64,000 nt of DNA from Candidatus Latescibacterota bacterium. GTDB lineage: Bacteria; Latescibacterota; UBA2968; UBA8231. A program made the translations under genes and the position numbers. Under the pieces are notes generated by a model. That model saw only the letters and a program-made list of their open reading frames with translations, did not search any database and had not been told where the DNA came from. Positions 1 to 8,521 of this stretch are shown one piece after another. Position 1 is the first letter of the stretch, and every line of letters starts with the position of its first letter. The DNA lies in the NCBI GenBank assembly GCA_965242865.1, contig CBDETK010000013.1:64001-128000 (forward strand), written 5' to 3'.

Positions 1-739
1 GAATGGCCTCGGGAAAGGGGCGGCGCTGGCCGGTGAGCATGTGCTGGACGTTGTAGCGCAGGATGAGGAAGCGGCGGTCGCGGTCGCGGGGTTTCCAAGT
101 GAGCGCGCCGTGCATGAGGTGCTCGGGCATGACGACGACATCGCCGGCGCGGGCGCAGACATTGTGGACGCCCGGGGGCGCGGTGTCGGCAATATAGTCG
201 GTGTCGCCTTCGGCCCCGGGGTAAAACATCCCTGGGGGCCGGTCGAAGTGGGCCTTGTGCGAGCCGGGCAAGACGATGAGGCCGCCGTCGCCGGGGAACA
301 CATCGCTCAAGTAAAAAAAGAAAATAAAGTCCGTGCAGCGGACTAGGCTGTCCTCCGCGTAATAACGCCGCACATCGGGCCGCTTGGAGGGCTGCCACCC
401 GGCGTGCAAGCGGTGGAAGCGGTGGCCGTGGCGGTTGTAGCCCAAGGTGCCGCCGTTGAAGCGCGGCCGGCGGTCGGTGAGTTCCATGAGAATCGGCCAA
501 GTTGCCGGATGCCGGGTGAGCACTTCGAGGCTTTTGTCAAAGGCAAAGCCGTGCTGATAGGGGGTGAGGTCGCGGCGCGTGAGGTCCGCGCCGAATTCGG
601 GGGGCCACGCTTCGGGCGGCATGGTGATGTAGCGGTCGGCCGCCGCTTGAGCGGGCGCGAGCTCGGCTGCGCTGAGTACGCCTCGCAGGTGGAGGTAGCC
701 GGTCAAGTCGAAGAAGTAGCGTTGGTCGGGCGTCATCAT
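1..739 (-). CDS. Phytanoyl-CoA dioxygenase (PhyH)-family protein, 3' end runs off the window
   Basis: Not in the ORF track. Manual translation from ATG 739 is open to the window edge: MMTPDQRYFFDLTGYLHLRGVL...FFFYLSDVFPGDGGLIVLPGSHK...AGDVVVMPEHLMHGAL, typical PhyH-like 2OG-Fe(II) fold motifs. Confidence 0.8.
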   Translation of the reverse strand, partial: MMTPDQRYFFDLTGYLHLRGVLSAAELAPAQAAADRYITMPPEAWPPEFGADLTRRDLTPYQHGFAFDKSLEVLTRHPATWPILMELTDRRPRFNGGTLGYNRHGHRFHRLHAGWQPSKRPDVRRYYAEDSLVRCTDFIFFFYLSDVFPGDGGLIVLPGSHKAHFDRPPGMFYPGAEGDTDYIADTAPPGVHNVCARAGDVVVMPEHLMHGALTWKPRDRDRRFLILRYNVQHMLTGQRRPFPEAI

Positions 740-795
740 GGCGTGGATAAGATAGCCGGTTCAACGGCTCCGTTCAAGTGGGGCCTCTCCGGCTG

Positions 796-2739
796 CTACT
801 GAAAGACAATTCCGCCCAGATGATTGTTTTGCATGCCGGTGGCGTAGTCGATGAGCACCCAAGCCCCGGCCACTACGGCCTCGCCCAAGACCAAGCCTAA
901 GAAGAAGGGCTTGAGGCGGTTCAGTAGGGTCAGCCCGCCGTATTTGAGCACCGCGCTCTTGAGGAGCCAAGCGATAAACACGCTGAACCACATCTTGCCA
1001 AAGACGCAGCTAATGGGAAACCCCAGCGAGTGGAAGGGCCACCACAAAAACCGATACTGAGCCGCCATCAACCCGCCCATGATCGCCGCGCCAACGCCGA
1101 TGTGCATCCACGTACTCGGGCGCGGCGCGAGTGGATTGAGGATGCTCTTTTCCATGAAGCGATAGGGGTATTGCGCGACGTTGTCAAAGTAAAATCGCGA
1201 CAAGTTAATGGCCCCGTACTGATAGCCTAGATAGAGGGTTAGGGCGACGACGCAGCCCAGCGTCAGGACGATCACGGCCATGGTGGCGCCAAAGAGGCGG
1301 CGGCGCTGGGGCAGGTTGATTTCCGCGACCAACTTTAGGCCATTGGCACACGCGCTCATCAGCAAGATCAAGGTGTCCACGCTCCAAGCATAGCTCAGGG
1401 CCATGCCGGCCATGCCCTTGCTGCCCAACGAGGAGCCGCCGACATTGGCGACGACGAAGTCCGGCCCGTTGGTCGGCGGGAACATCGCCGCCACCCCGCC
1501 CTGCGCGACGACGCGGGCGATGGTCATAAACCCGACAAACGCGCCCAACAGCAACAGCGGGACAAATACCAGCGGAATGCCGGATTGCCACAGCCAGACG
1601 CCCATCACCACAAAGCTGGCTACGGCCCCTCCCACGGCCACGCGATAAGAGGCGATTTCGTCGGCGTCTTTTACCTCGGGGGCGCGGCCCAAAGCCTTGC
1701 GCAGCACGTTCCCGAGGTGGCGTCGGCCCACCCACAAAGACCCCGCCACCAAGACGATCATGCCGCCCATGGATTGGTGGATGATGATCGGATCGGTGTA
1801 CTGGCTGTACGCGCCCATGCTCTCGTCTTTGCCCCCCCAAGCGAGCATCCCCAACAACCCGCGCTGCACCACATTTACGATGTGAAAAAAGACCAAGCCC
1901 AAGGCGATGTTCTGCGGCACGAAATAGGAAAAGCCCACCATGGACAGGCTCAGGTACAGGCTCAGCGACACTGCGCCGCGGAACGCCGACAAGCCGTCGA
2001 GCGACACGCTGACGGTAGGAACGACTGGGAAGTAGTTGTGCAAGGCATTGATCGAGCCGAGGACAAACGGGATGGCAAACCCCAGCCACATCAACCCGCT
2101 GCGCCCGAGCCGCTGGCGACCGTCGGCGATCATAGCCAACGGGAGCTGGACCATGGGATAGGCCAGCCGCTCGTGCTCTACCCATTGCCGCCGCACGATC
2201 ACCATTAAGCAGACCATCGCCAGAAAGAGGGCCAAGCCAAAGACCGCCCAATACAGCAGCGGCGCGGCCCAAAGTGCCCACGGCACAGACCCGGTGGGGT
2301 CGCCCTCGTAAAAGCCCCAGATGGCGTCGCGGTTGTGGGGCACTGGCCAGTCGGGCATATAGGGCTGGACGATCTCGGCCCAACCGTTTTCCGGCGTGGC
2401 GTAATAATAGGCCCCCGTGATGACCGGCAGGAGTTGCGCGGGCAGGCCGCGGCTCGACAGGGTGTTGGCCAGTAGGAAAAGGAAGAAGGCCACGGCCAAT
2501 TCGCCGCGCTGCAAGGGCAGGCGTGGATGCAGCCGCTTTAAGAGCGGGTTGAAGAAGACGACCAGTACAAAAAAGAGAAAAATCGCCGCGGGGGTCAGGT
2601 TCCACACCGCCAGCCCCGAGCCTTTGACGATCATGTCGTTGTAGGTCGAGCCGAGGCCGATGCACAGGGCACCGACCAGCCCGACGATCAGCGCCTTGGG
2701 CGTACATCCCTTTATCGCTGGTGGAGAACGCTTTGGCAA
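796..2739 (-). CDS. DUF6785/DUF6784-type polytopic membrane protein (putative OPT-like transporter)
   Basis: Many TM segments; motifs RRQWVEHERLAYPMVQLP and WWPFHSLGF...LKYGG...KPFFLGLVLGE; paralogue of 47409-49403. Likely TTG start at 2739 after GGAGGAG (track ORF starts 2793). Confidence 0.75.
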   Translation of the reverse strand: MPKRSPPAIKGCTPKALIVGLVGALCIGLGSTYNDMIVKGSGLAVWNLTPAAIFLFFVLVVFFNPLLKRLHPRLPLQRGELAVAFFLFLLANTLSSRGLPAQLLPVITGAYYYATPENGWAEIVQPYMPDWPVPHNRDAIWGFYEGDPTGSVPWALWAAPLLYWAVFGLALFLAMVCLMVIVRRQWVEHERLAYPMVQLPLAMIADGRQRLGRSGLMWLGFAIPFVLGSINALHNYFPVVPTVSVSLDGLSAFRGAVSLSLYLSLSMVGFSYFVPQNIALGLVFFHIVNVVQRGLLGMLAWGGKDESMGAYSQYTDPIIIHQSMGGMIVLVAGSLWVGRRHLGNVLRKALGRAPEVKDADEIASYRVAVGGAVASFVVMGVWLWQSGIPLVFVPLLLLGAFVGFMTIARVVAQGGVAAMFPPTNGPDFVVANVGGSSLGSKGMAGMALSYAWSVDTLILLMSACANGLKLVAEINLPQRRRLFGATMAVIVLTLGCVVALTLYLGYQYGAINLSRFYFDNVAQYPYRFMEKSILNPLAPRPSTWMHIGVGAAIMGGLMAAQYRFLWWPFHSLGFPISCVFGKMWFSVFIAWLLKSAVLKYGGLTLLNRLKPFFLGLVLGEAVVAGAWVLIDYATGMQNNHLGGIVFQ

Positions 2740-2822
2740 AATGCTCCTCCCGCGTTTTGCCTGCCCCTTGACAATGCCCCACGCCGCGCCCAACCTTCCG
2801 CTACCTAACAGGAGAACCTATT

Positions 2823-4079
2823 ATGGAAAAAGTATCGCTTTGCGTCGTCGGCTGCGGCGGCATGGGTCATCGCCATATCATGGCCTATAAGGTGTTGGAA
2901 GACAGCGGCATCGGCAATGTCGAATTGATGGCCGTCTGCGACGTGCGCCGGGAAAACGCCGAGTTTGCCGCCCGCGAGGTGCAGCGGCTCTTCGGGCGCG
3001 CGCCGCTGGTCTTTACCGATATGGACGCAGTGCTCAACCGCGATGACATCTTGGCCATCGACGTAGTTACCGACGTCTCCATGCACCACCAAGTGGCCGT
3101 GCCGGCCCTGTTGGCGGGCAAGCACGCGCTGGTGGAAAAGCCCCTCGGCATTACCATCCGCGCCTGCCAAGCCATGATCGACGCTGCCCACACCGGCGGG
3201 GTGGTGCTGGCCACGGCCGAAAACTACCGCCGCGACCCGCCCAATCGCTTGGCGCGCGCCATCGTCGAGTCCGGCCTGCTCGGCGATCCCTTTTTGATGG
3301 TGCAGACCTCGGCCGGCGGCGGCGATACCATGGCCATCACGCCTTGGCGTCATCTCAAGGAAAAGGGCGCGATTGGTTTGGACATGGGCGTCCACTACGG
3401 CGACATCATCCAGTATTACATGGGGGAGTACGCACACGTCTTTGGCGGCGGCTTCATCGTCGAGCCGGTGCGGCGCAAGCCCGAAGGCCACGCCGATCAC
3501 CCCCTCGAATCCTACCGCGAGCGGGTCAAGACCTATCCCGATACCGTAGAGGCCACGGGCGAGGATTCGGTCGTCGCGCTCTACAGGATGCAGTCCGGGG
3601 CGCTGGCGCACTTGGTGCTGGTGGCGGGGCGCGGCGGCCGGGGCTGGGAGCGCAGCGTCCACGGCCGCTGGGGAGCGCTCTATTCCCCAGGCGACCGCAA
3701 TGGCCGGCCGGTCGTGCTGCGCTTGGAAGGCCAAGAGCTAAAAGGCCGCGAAATCCTCGCACTCTTGCCGGATTTTCACCTCGACGAGATCACCGAGCGT
3801 CTCTTCGGGGCCGCTGGCGTCGAATACGACCCGTCGGCAACCTCCTTCTACGAAATCGACTCCCGGCACTTGGCCATCGAGTACTACGATTTTGCCCGCG
3901 CCATCCTCACCGGCGGCCAGCCCGAAGTAGATGGCCTAGGCGGGATGCAGGCCGTCGCGGCGATTGTGGGCGCTTATGAGTCGGCTTGCGCCGGCCGCTC
4001 GCTGTCCATGGCAGAGGTCCTGAGCGGGGCCGCGCGGGCCTATCAGCAGGACATTGACGAGGCCCTTGGGCTGGCCTAA
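2823..4079 (+). CDS. Gfo/Idh/MocA family NAD(P)-dependent oxidoreductase
   Basis: VVGCGGMG Rossmann motif, GKHALVEKP motif, LDMGVH; AGGAG RBS upstream. Confidence 0.9.
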   Translation: MEKVSLCVVGCGGMGHRHIMAYKVLEDSGIGNVELMAVCDVRRENAEFAAREVQRLFGRAPLVFTDMDAVLNRDDILAIDVVTDVSMHHQVAVPALLAGKHALVEKPLGITIRACQAMIDAAHTGGVVLATAENYRRDPPNRLARAIVESGLLGDPFLMVQTSAGGGDTMAITPWRHLKEKGAIGLDMGVHYGDIIQYYMGEYAHVFGGGFIVEPVRRKPEGHADHPLESYRERVKTYPDTVEATGEDSVVALYRMQSGALAHLVLVAGRGGRGWERSVHGRWGALYSPGDRNGRPVVLRLEGQELKGREILALLPDFHLDEITERLFGAAGVEYDPSATSFYEIDSRHLAIEYYDFARAILTGGQPEVDGLGGMQAVAAIVGAYESACAGRSLSMAEVLSGAARAYQQDIDEALGLA

Positions 4080-5098
4080 AGCGTCGTCTCCATCACCCAA
4101 AACGGCTGCTGGCCCACTTCGTAATCGGCCATGGCTTGGAGCGCGCCGCTGGCCGCATCGATTCGATAACAGGTCATGCGGTCGGCCGCTTCTCCCGCGC
4201 AGTACAGGTACGCGCCGGTCGGGTCGATGTTGAACGAGCGCGGGCTGGCCGGCACTGGATAGTGCCCAAACGGGCTGAGCGCGCCCTCGGCGTTGAGGTG
4301 GTAGCCGACGATGCTGTCGTGGCCGCGATTGGATGCGTAGCACCACTGGCCATTGGGGTGAACTTCGACGTGGGCGGTATTCCCGCCAGCGGCGTAGTCT
4401 GAGGGCAGGGTCGAGACGTCTTGGAAGATGGACAGGGTGCCGCGCTCGGGGTCGAAGCGGTGGGCGGTTACGGTGTTGCCCTGCTCGTTGACGATATACG
4501 CGACGTCGCCGAGGGGACGGAAGGTTATGTGCCGGGGGCCGGGCTCGCCGGCCGGCGGGGCCAGTTCGGCCGGATCGTTGGGCGCGAGTTGGCCGGTGCG
4601 GGCGTCGAAGCGGAACTGGCTGGTCTTGTTGTTGGGGCAGACGTGGGGCACAAAGACAAAGCGCTCGTCCTCGGTCAGCAAGACGGCGTGGGCCTTGGGG
4701 CCGGTGTCGATGTGCTGGACGAGGTCGCCGATGGCGCCGTCGGCGTCGAGGCGGTGGACTGTGATGCCGCCGCCGGTGTAATACGCAGTGAGGAGAAAGC
4801 GGCCGGCGCGGTCGGTGATCAGGTGAGCCGGGGTTTCGAGGCCGGTATCGACCTTGTTGATCAGGGTCAACGCCCCGGACGCAGCGTCGAGGTGGAAGCT
4901 GGCGAGGGTCGCGGCCTCGACGTGGGCGTCGTAGAGCACCGGGCGCGTCGGGTGCAAAAAGAGTGCGCCCGAAGGGCCGTGCGCCGGGCTGGTGGCGCGC
5001 AGGGCCAACGCGCCCGATTGGGGGTCGAGGTCGTAGAGCTTGATGGCTTCGTCGCCGGTGAGCGAGACTAGGACGACGGGTCGTTCTCGTGCGGTCAT
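4076..5098 (-). CDS. Lactonase family beta-propeller (6-phosphogluconolactonase-like)
   Basis: GPRHITF, YASNRGHDSI and PRSFNIDPTG motifs; start MTARERP at 5098 after AAGGAG. Confidence 0.85.
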   Translation of the reverse strand: MTARERPVVLVSLTGDEAIKLYDLDPQSGALALRATSPAHGPSGALFLHPTRPVLYDAHVEAATLASFHLDAASGALTLINKVDTGLETPAHLITDRAGRFLLTAYYTGGGITVHRLDADGAIGDLVQHIDTGPKAHAVLLTEDERFVFVPHVCPNNKTSQFRFDARTGQLAPNDPAELAPPAGEPGPRHITFRPLGDVAYIVNEQGNTVTAHRFDPERGTLSIFQDVSTLPSDYAAGGNTAHVEVHPNGQWCYASNRGHDSIVGYHLNAEGALSPFGHYPVPASPRSFNIDPTGAYLYCAGEAADRMTCYRIDAASGALQAMADYEVGQQPFWVMETTL

Positions 5099-5133
5099 TG
5101 CGGTTTGCTCCTTTGAGGTTTTGCGTGGATAAG

Positions 5134-5346
5134 CTACGGCGAATCCGGGTAGAGTTTCGCCGCATACTGCAAGGAAAAAGAGGTTAAGTCGCTTTGATCT
5201 TGTTCGCTCCAAGTGTCACTTCGTTCCACAACAACCACTTCGGATTGTACCAACTCCTGTAAGATGAGTGCTGCGAGACGAAACTGTTCGCTCGGTGGTA
5301 GGGCACGAACGGTTTCGGTAAAGACTTCTTGGGCGGTCGCGGTCAT
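5134..5346 (-). CDS. Small hypothetical protein resembling an addiction-module antitoxin
   Basis: 70 aa, AGGAG RBS, LPPSEQFRLAALIL pattern seen in antitoxin-like components; no toxin follows. Confidence 0.5.
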   Translation of the reverse strand: MTATAQEVFTETVRALPPSEQFRLAALILQELVQSEVVVVERSDTWSEQDQSDLTSFSLQYAAKLYPDSP

Positions 5347-5357
5347 GTTGATTTCTC

Positions 5358-5594
5358 CTAGAAGGCCCCGAACATCTTTTCGATCTCCGGCTCGCCCATG
5401 CTGTCGAAATCGTCGGGGACTTCGATCTGTCCGGCCATAAAACCCAACCGTGTCGCCGTTTGGTCGGGTCGCTTGCGGGCGAGGGTTTTGAGGTAGCCCC
5501 GGATGAGTGCCGACACGGATGTGCCCAACTCCGCCGCCCGAACGCGGGCGAGCCGATGGGTTTCTTCATCTACCGATACGGTAATGTTTTTCAC
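5358..5594 (-). CDS. Ribbon-helix-helix antitoxin-like protein (CopG/VapB-type)
   Basis: MKNITVSVDEETHRLARVRAAELGTSVSALIR RHH pattern; C-terminal RLGFMAGQIEVPDDFD antitoxin tail; GAGGAG RBS. Confidence 0.65.
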   Translation of the reverse strand: MKNITVSVDEETHRLARVRAAELGTSVSALIRGYLKTLARKRPDQTATRLGFMAGQIEVPDDFDSMGEPEIEKMFGAF

Positions 5595-5668
5595 GGTTAT
5601 CTCCTCGCAGATGCTGTGCTTTAGTGCAGTGTATGGATATGGCCATGGGTGCGCAACGGCACCGCATC

Positions 5669-5893
5669 GTATGGGACGGCACAGGGGCCGTCCCCGACGG
5701 GCGATTGCTCAGGACGCGACGAGAAGCTATCTCAATGTATGGGACGGCCCCTGTGCCGTCTCCGACAGGCTGTCCCCGACGGGCGATTGCTCAGGGCGCG
5801 ACGAGAAGCTATCTCAATGTATGGGACGGCCCCTGTGCTGTCCCCGACAGGCCGTCCCCGACAGGCGATTGCTCAGGGCGCGACGAGAAGCTA
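5669..5893. repeat. Three tandem REP-like units (68-82 bp) with a GGGACGGC/GCCGTCCC hairpin
   Basis: Units start at 5669, 5737 and 5819: GTATGGGACGGC...GGCGATTGCTCAGG(A/G)CGCGACGAGAAGCTAT. Confidence 0.85.
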
Positions 5894-5934
5894 TACTACC
5901 CAACCCCATCAATCCACCCAGCCTGCATCGCCTC

Positions 5935-7131
5935 ATGCCCACCCCCCACCGCCAGACGACGATCATCGTGCTCTTCAGCGCTCTGACGGTCCTCGCCAGC
6001 ATGGGGATTCGCCAGTCGTTTGGCCTCTTTCTCCAGCCGCTGAGCGACGGCTTGGGTTTGGGGCGCGAAGTGTTCAGCTTGGCCATCGCGCTGCAAAACC
6101 TGGTCTTTGGCCTCCCCCTGTTCGGGATGATCGCCGACCGCTATGGCGCGCGGTGGGTCGTGTTGGGAGGCGCGCTGCTCTACGCGGCCGGGTGCCTGCT
6201 GGTGCCGGCGAGCAGCGGCCCGGTCAGCCTGTATCTGACGCTGGGCCTGATCATCGGGCTGGGGCTCGGCTGCACGACGTATGTGGTCGTGCTGGGGGCT
6301 GTCGCCCGCGTCGTCCATCCCGCAAACCGCAGCACGGCGTTTGGCATCGTCACCGCGGCCGGGTCGTTTGGGACCTTCGCCTTAGTGCCCGGGGTGCAGT
6401 GGGTGACGGTTCACTCGGGTTGGCAGGCGTCCTTTGCGGCCAGCGCGGCCCTAATCGGCTGGATCGCGCTGTTGGCCTTTGGCTTTCCGCGCCGGTCCAG
6501 GGTGCCCGCGGCCCAGTCGCACGGAGAGGGTACGCTGCTGCAAGTGCTGGTGCGGGCACGGGGCCATTCGGGCTATTGGCTGCTCAACGCGGGGTTTTTC
6601 GTCTGCGGCTTCCACGTCGCCTTTATCGCCACGCACCTGCCTTCGTTCCTCACCGACAGCGGCCTGTCGCGCATGATTGGGGCCACGGCCTTGTCCCTGA
6701 TTGGCTTGTGCAACATTTTCGGCTCGTCTTTGTTCGGCTGGCTGGGCGACCGCTACCGCAAGAAATACCTGTTGAGTGCGCTCTACTTCAGCCGCGCCGC
6801 AGTGATCGGCTTGTTCCTCTTCTTTCCCCTGACCCGCTTTTCCGCCCTGATCTTCGGCGGCCTAATCGGCTTCTTGTGGCTGGCCACCGTGCCGCTGACC
6901 AGCGGGACTGTGGCGCAGATATTCGGGGCGCGCTACCTGTCAACGCTGTACGGCATCGTCTTTTTCAGCCATCAGGCCGGCAGTTTCTTGGGCGTCTGGC
7001 TGGCTGGCCGGCTCTACGACGCGACCGGGTCGTACGATCCGGTCTGGTGGCTGGCGATCGCCCTCGGCGTAGCGGCCGCGCTCATTCACCTGCCGATTGC
7101 CGACCGACCGGTCCAATCCGCAAACGCATAG
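5935..7131 (+). CDS. MFS transporter
   Basis: ~12 TM segments, GMIADRYGAR and GWLGDRYRKK motif A; true start MPTPH at 5935 (the upstream part of the track ORF is the repeat). Confidence 0.9.
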   Translation: MPTPHRQTTIIVLFSALTVLASMGIRQSFGLFLQPLSDGLGLGREVFSLAIALQNLVFGLPLFGMIADRYGARWVVLGGALLYAAGCLLVPASSGPVSLYLTLGLIIGLGLGCTTYVVVLGAVARVVHPANRSTAFGIVTAAGSFGTFALVPGVQWVTVHSGWQASFAASAALIGWIALLAFGFPRRSRVPAAQSHGEGTLLQVLVRARGHSGYWLLNAGFFVCGFHVAFIATHLPSFLTDSGLSRMIGATALSLIGLCNIFGSSLFGWLGDRYRKKYLLSALYFSRAAVIGLFLFFPLTRFSALIFGGLIGFLWLATVPLTSGTVAQIFGARYLSTLYGIVFFSHQAGSFLGVWLAGRLYDATGSYDPVWWLAIALGVAAALIHLPIADRPVQSANA

Positions 7132-7138
7132 CTAGCCA

Positions 7139-8380
7139 TCAGACCGTGGCTGGGTTGCGCCAAGGTAGGAACGCCAACAGACGCTCGCGGCAGGCCCGCA
7201 CCTTTCCATCTTCACATACCACAAGCCCTAGATCGATTAGAGCCTTGATGTCGCGATGCAGCGTGCGGCTCGTGACGGTTGCATAAGCGCGGCCTAAATC
7301 GGCATCTAGGGTGGGAATAGCGGCGATGCGGACGGGTGCCTCCGTGCGAGATAGGCTCAACGCCAGCGTCCGTTGGCGGCTTGCCGCTAGGGTCTGAGTA
7401 AGGCCCAATCTTCGCACAGGGCTCCGTTGGCGGCTCGCCGCAGAGCCTGAGACCGTGCGGAAGGTCTCGTGTACGTAGTTGACCCATGCGACATCCCACT
7501 GATGCTCGCGAATCAGGTCGATTTGTTCGCCTAGGCCGTCCATCAAGCCCGCAACGGCATAACTGATGAAGCGCACGCCGCCGTCGTCTGTTTGGCGAGC
7601 GCGGTCTAACTGGCGGTAATATTCCGACTGCGTTTGGTTGTAGTGATTGCTCAATAGGTGGCAGGCTGGCTGCGGTAGGCCAGCACCAACTAGGATGTAA
7701 AACTCCAGCAATCGCGCCGTGCGGCCGTTGCCATCGCCAAAGGGATGGATCCAAGCCAGATAGAGGTGCGCGAAAATGGCCTTCAGGATCGCATAGGCGA
7801 TGGGGTTGTCCTCAGTGTGCGGAAATTGGTTCAACGTGTTGCACAGGCGATTTAGCAGGAAGGCGCAATCCCGATGCGGCGGGCATTTGTACCCCCCGAC
7901 GCCTACCTCTGTGGTGCGGATTTCCCCGAGCGCGACGTGGTCTTCAACTTCAAGTTCGTTTAGCACGGCTCGATTCATCTCTTTGATGATAGCGACCGTA
8001 ATTGGCTGGGTGTCGCTCTTGGCAATCTCTTTGGTCAGTGCGTTACAGGCATTGACGATGTTTTCGATTTCTTGGCCGAGGTACTCCCGCGATGGCGGCA
8101 GTCTGAACGAGCCTGCCAGCAACCCTGTGACCTCTTCTTCGGACAGCGTATTGCCCTCAATGGCCGTGGTGGCCAACGCGCCCTTTGCCAGATACAGCCG
8201 GTGAACGCTCTGCGCTACTTCAGGGGCCAACAGCGCATGGGCGATGTGAGCGCATTTTGCCGCTGCCGCGCCGAGCGCGACCCAAGTCTTGTGGTCTAAG
8301 CGCGATAGGTCGAGGGCGAAGGTGAGATGAGGATGCGACGCTTTGTATGGCCGATTGATTGTCATGAACTTTTTCATCAT
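7139..8380 (-). CDS. Fic family protein with C-terminal winged HTH
   Basis: HPFGDGNGRTAR catalytic motif, TTAIEGN inhibitory-helix-like motif, C-terminal SRTLHRDIKALIDLGLV HTH. Confidence 0.9.
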   Translation of the reverse strand: MMKKFMTINRPYKASHPHLTFALDLSRLDHKTWVALGAAAAKCAHIAHALLAPEVAQSVHRLYLAKGALATTAIEGNTLSEEEVTGLLAGSFRLPPSREYLGQEIENIVNACNALTKEIAKSDTQPITVAIIKEMNRAVLNELEVEDHVALGEIRTTEVGVGGYKCPPHRDCAFLLNRLCNTLNQFPHTEDNPIAYAILKAIFAHLYLAWIHPFGDGNGRTARLLEFYILVGAGLPQPACHLLSNHYNQTQSEYYRQLDRARQTDDGGVRFISYAVAGLMDGLGEQIDLIREHQWDVAWVNYVHETFRTVSGSAASRQRSPVRRLGLTQTLAASRQRTLALSLSRTEAPVRIAAIPTLDADLGRAYATVTSRTLHRDIKALIDLGLVVCEDGKVRACRERLLAFLPWRNPATV

Positions 8381-8521
8381 AACCCCTTGTTATAAAAGAG
8401 GTGATGAATTTGTATCCAATGAATTGACGAAAAACATGTCATTGACTTTGACACAACGAATGACAAATTTTAGAGGCGGCGTAAAGATGCGTCAAGGTTG
8501 AATCATCAGCGAGGAGCGTAA

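Noticed and set aside
1205-2782. Long alternative-frame ORFs (525 aa here; also 3936-5165, 55889-57127 and others)
   Set aside because: Arg/Pro/Ala-rich or antisense shadow frames, expected in high-GC coding DNA and overlapping well-supported genes.
5669-5893. Possible CRISPR array
   Set aside because: The sequence between hairpins is repeated rather than unique, there are only three units, and no cas genes are present.
5503-5934. N-terminal extension of the MFS ORF and overlapping 545-aa ORF
   Set aside because: The extension translates the non-coding repeat array; MFS similarity starts at 5935.
8381-8521. TGTCA/TGACA half-sites and TTGAC hexamers between Fic and dsr1 as a defined promoter/operator
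   Set aside because: No convincing -35/-10 pair or symmetric operator could be fixed by eye.
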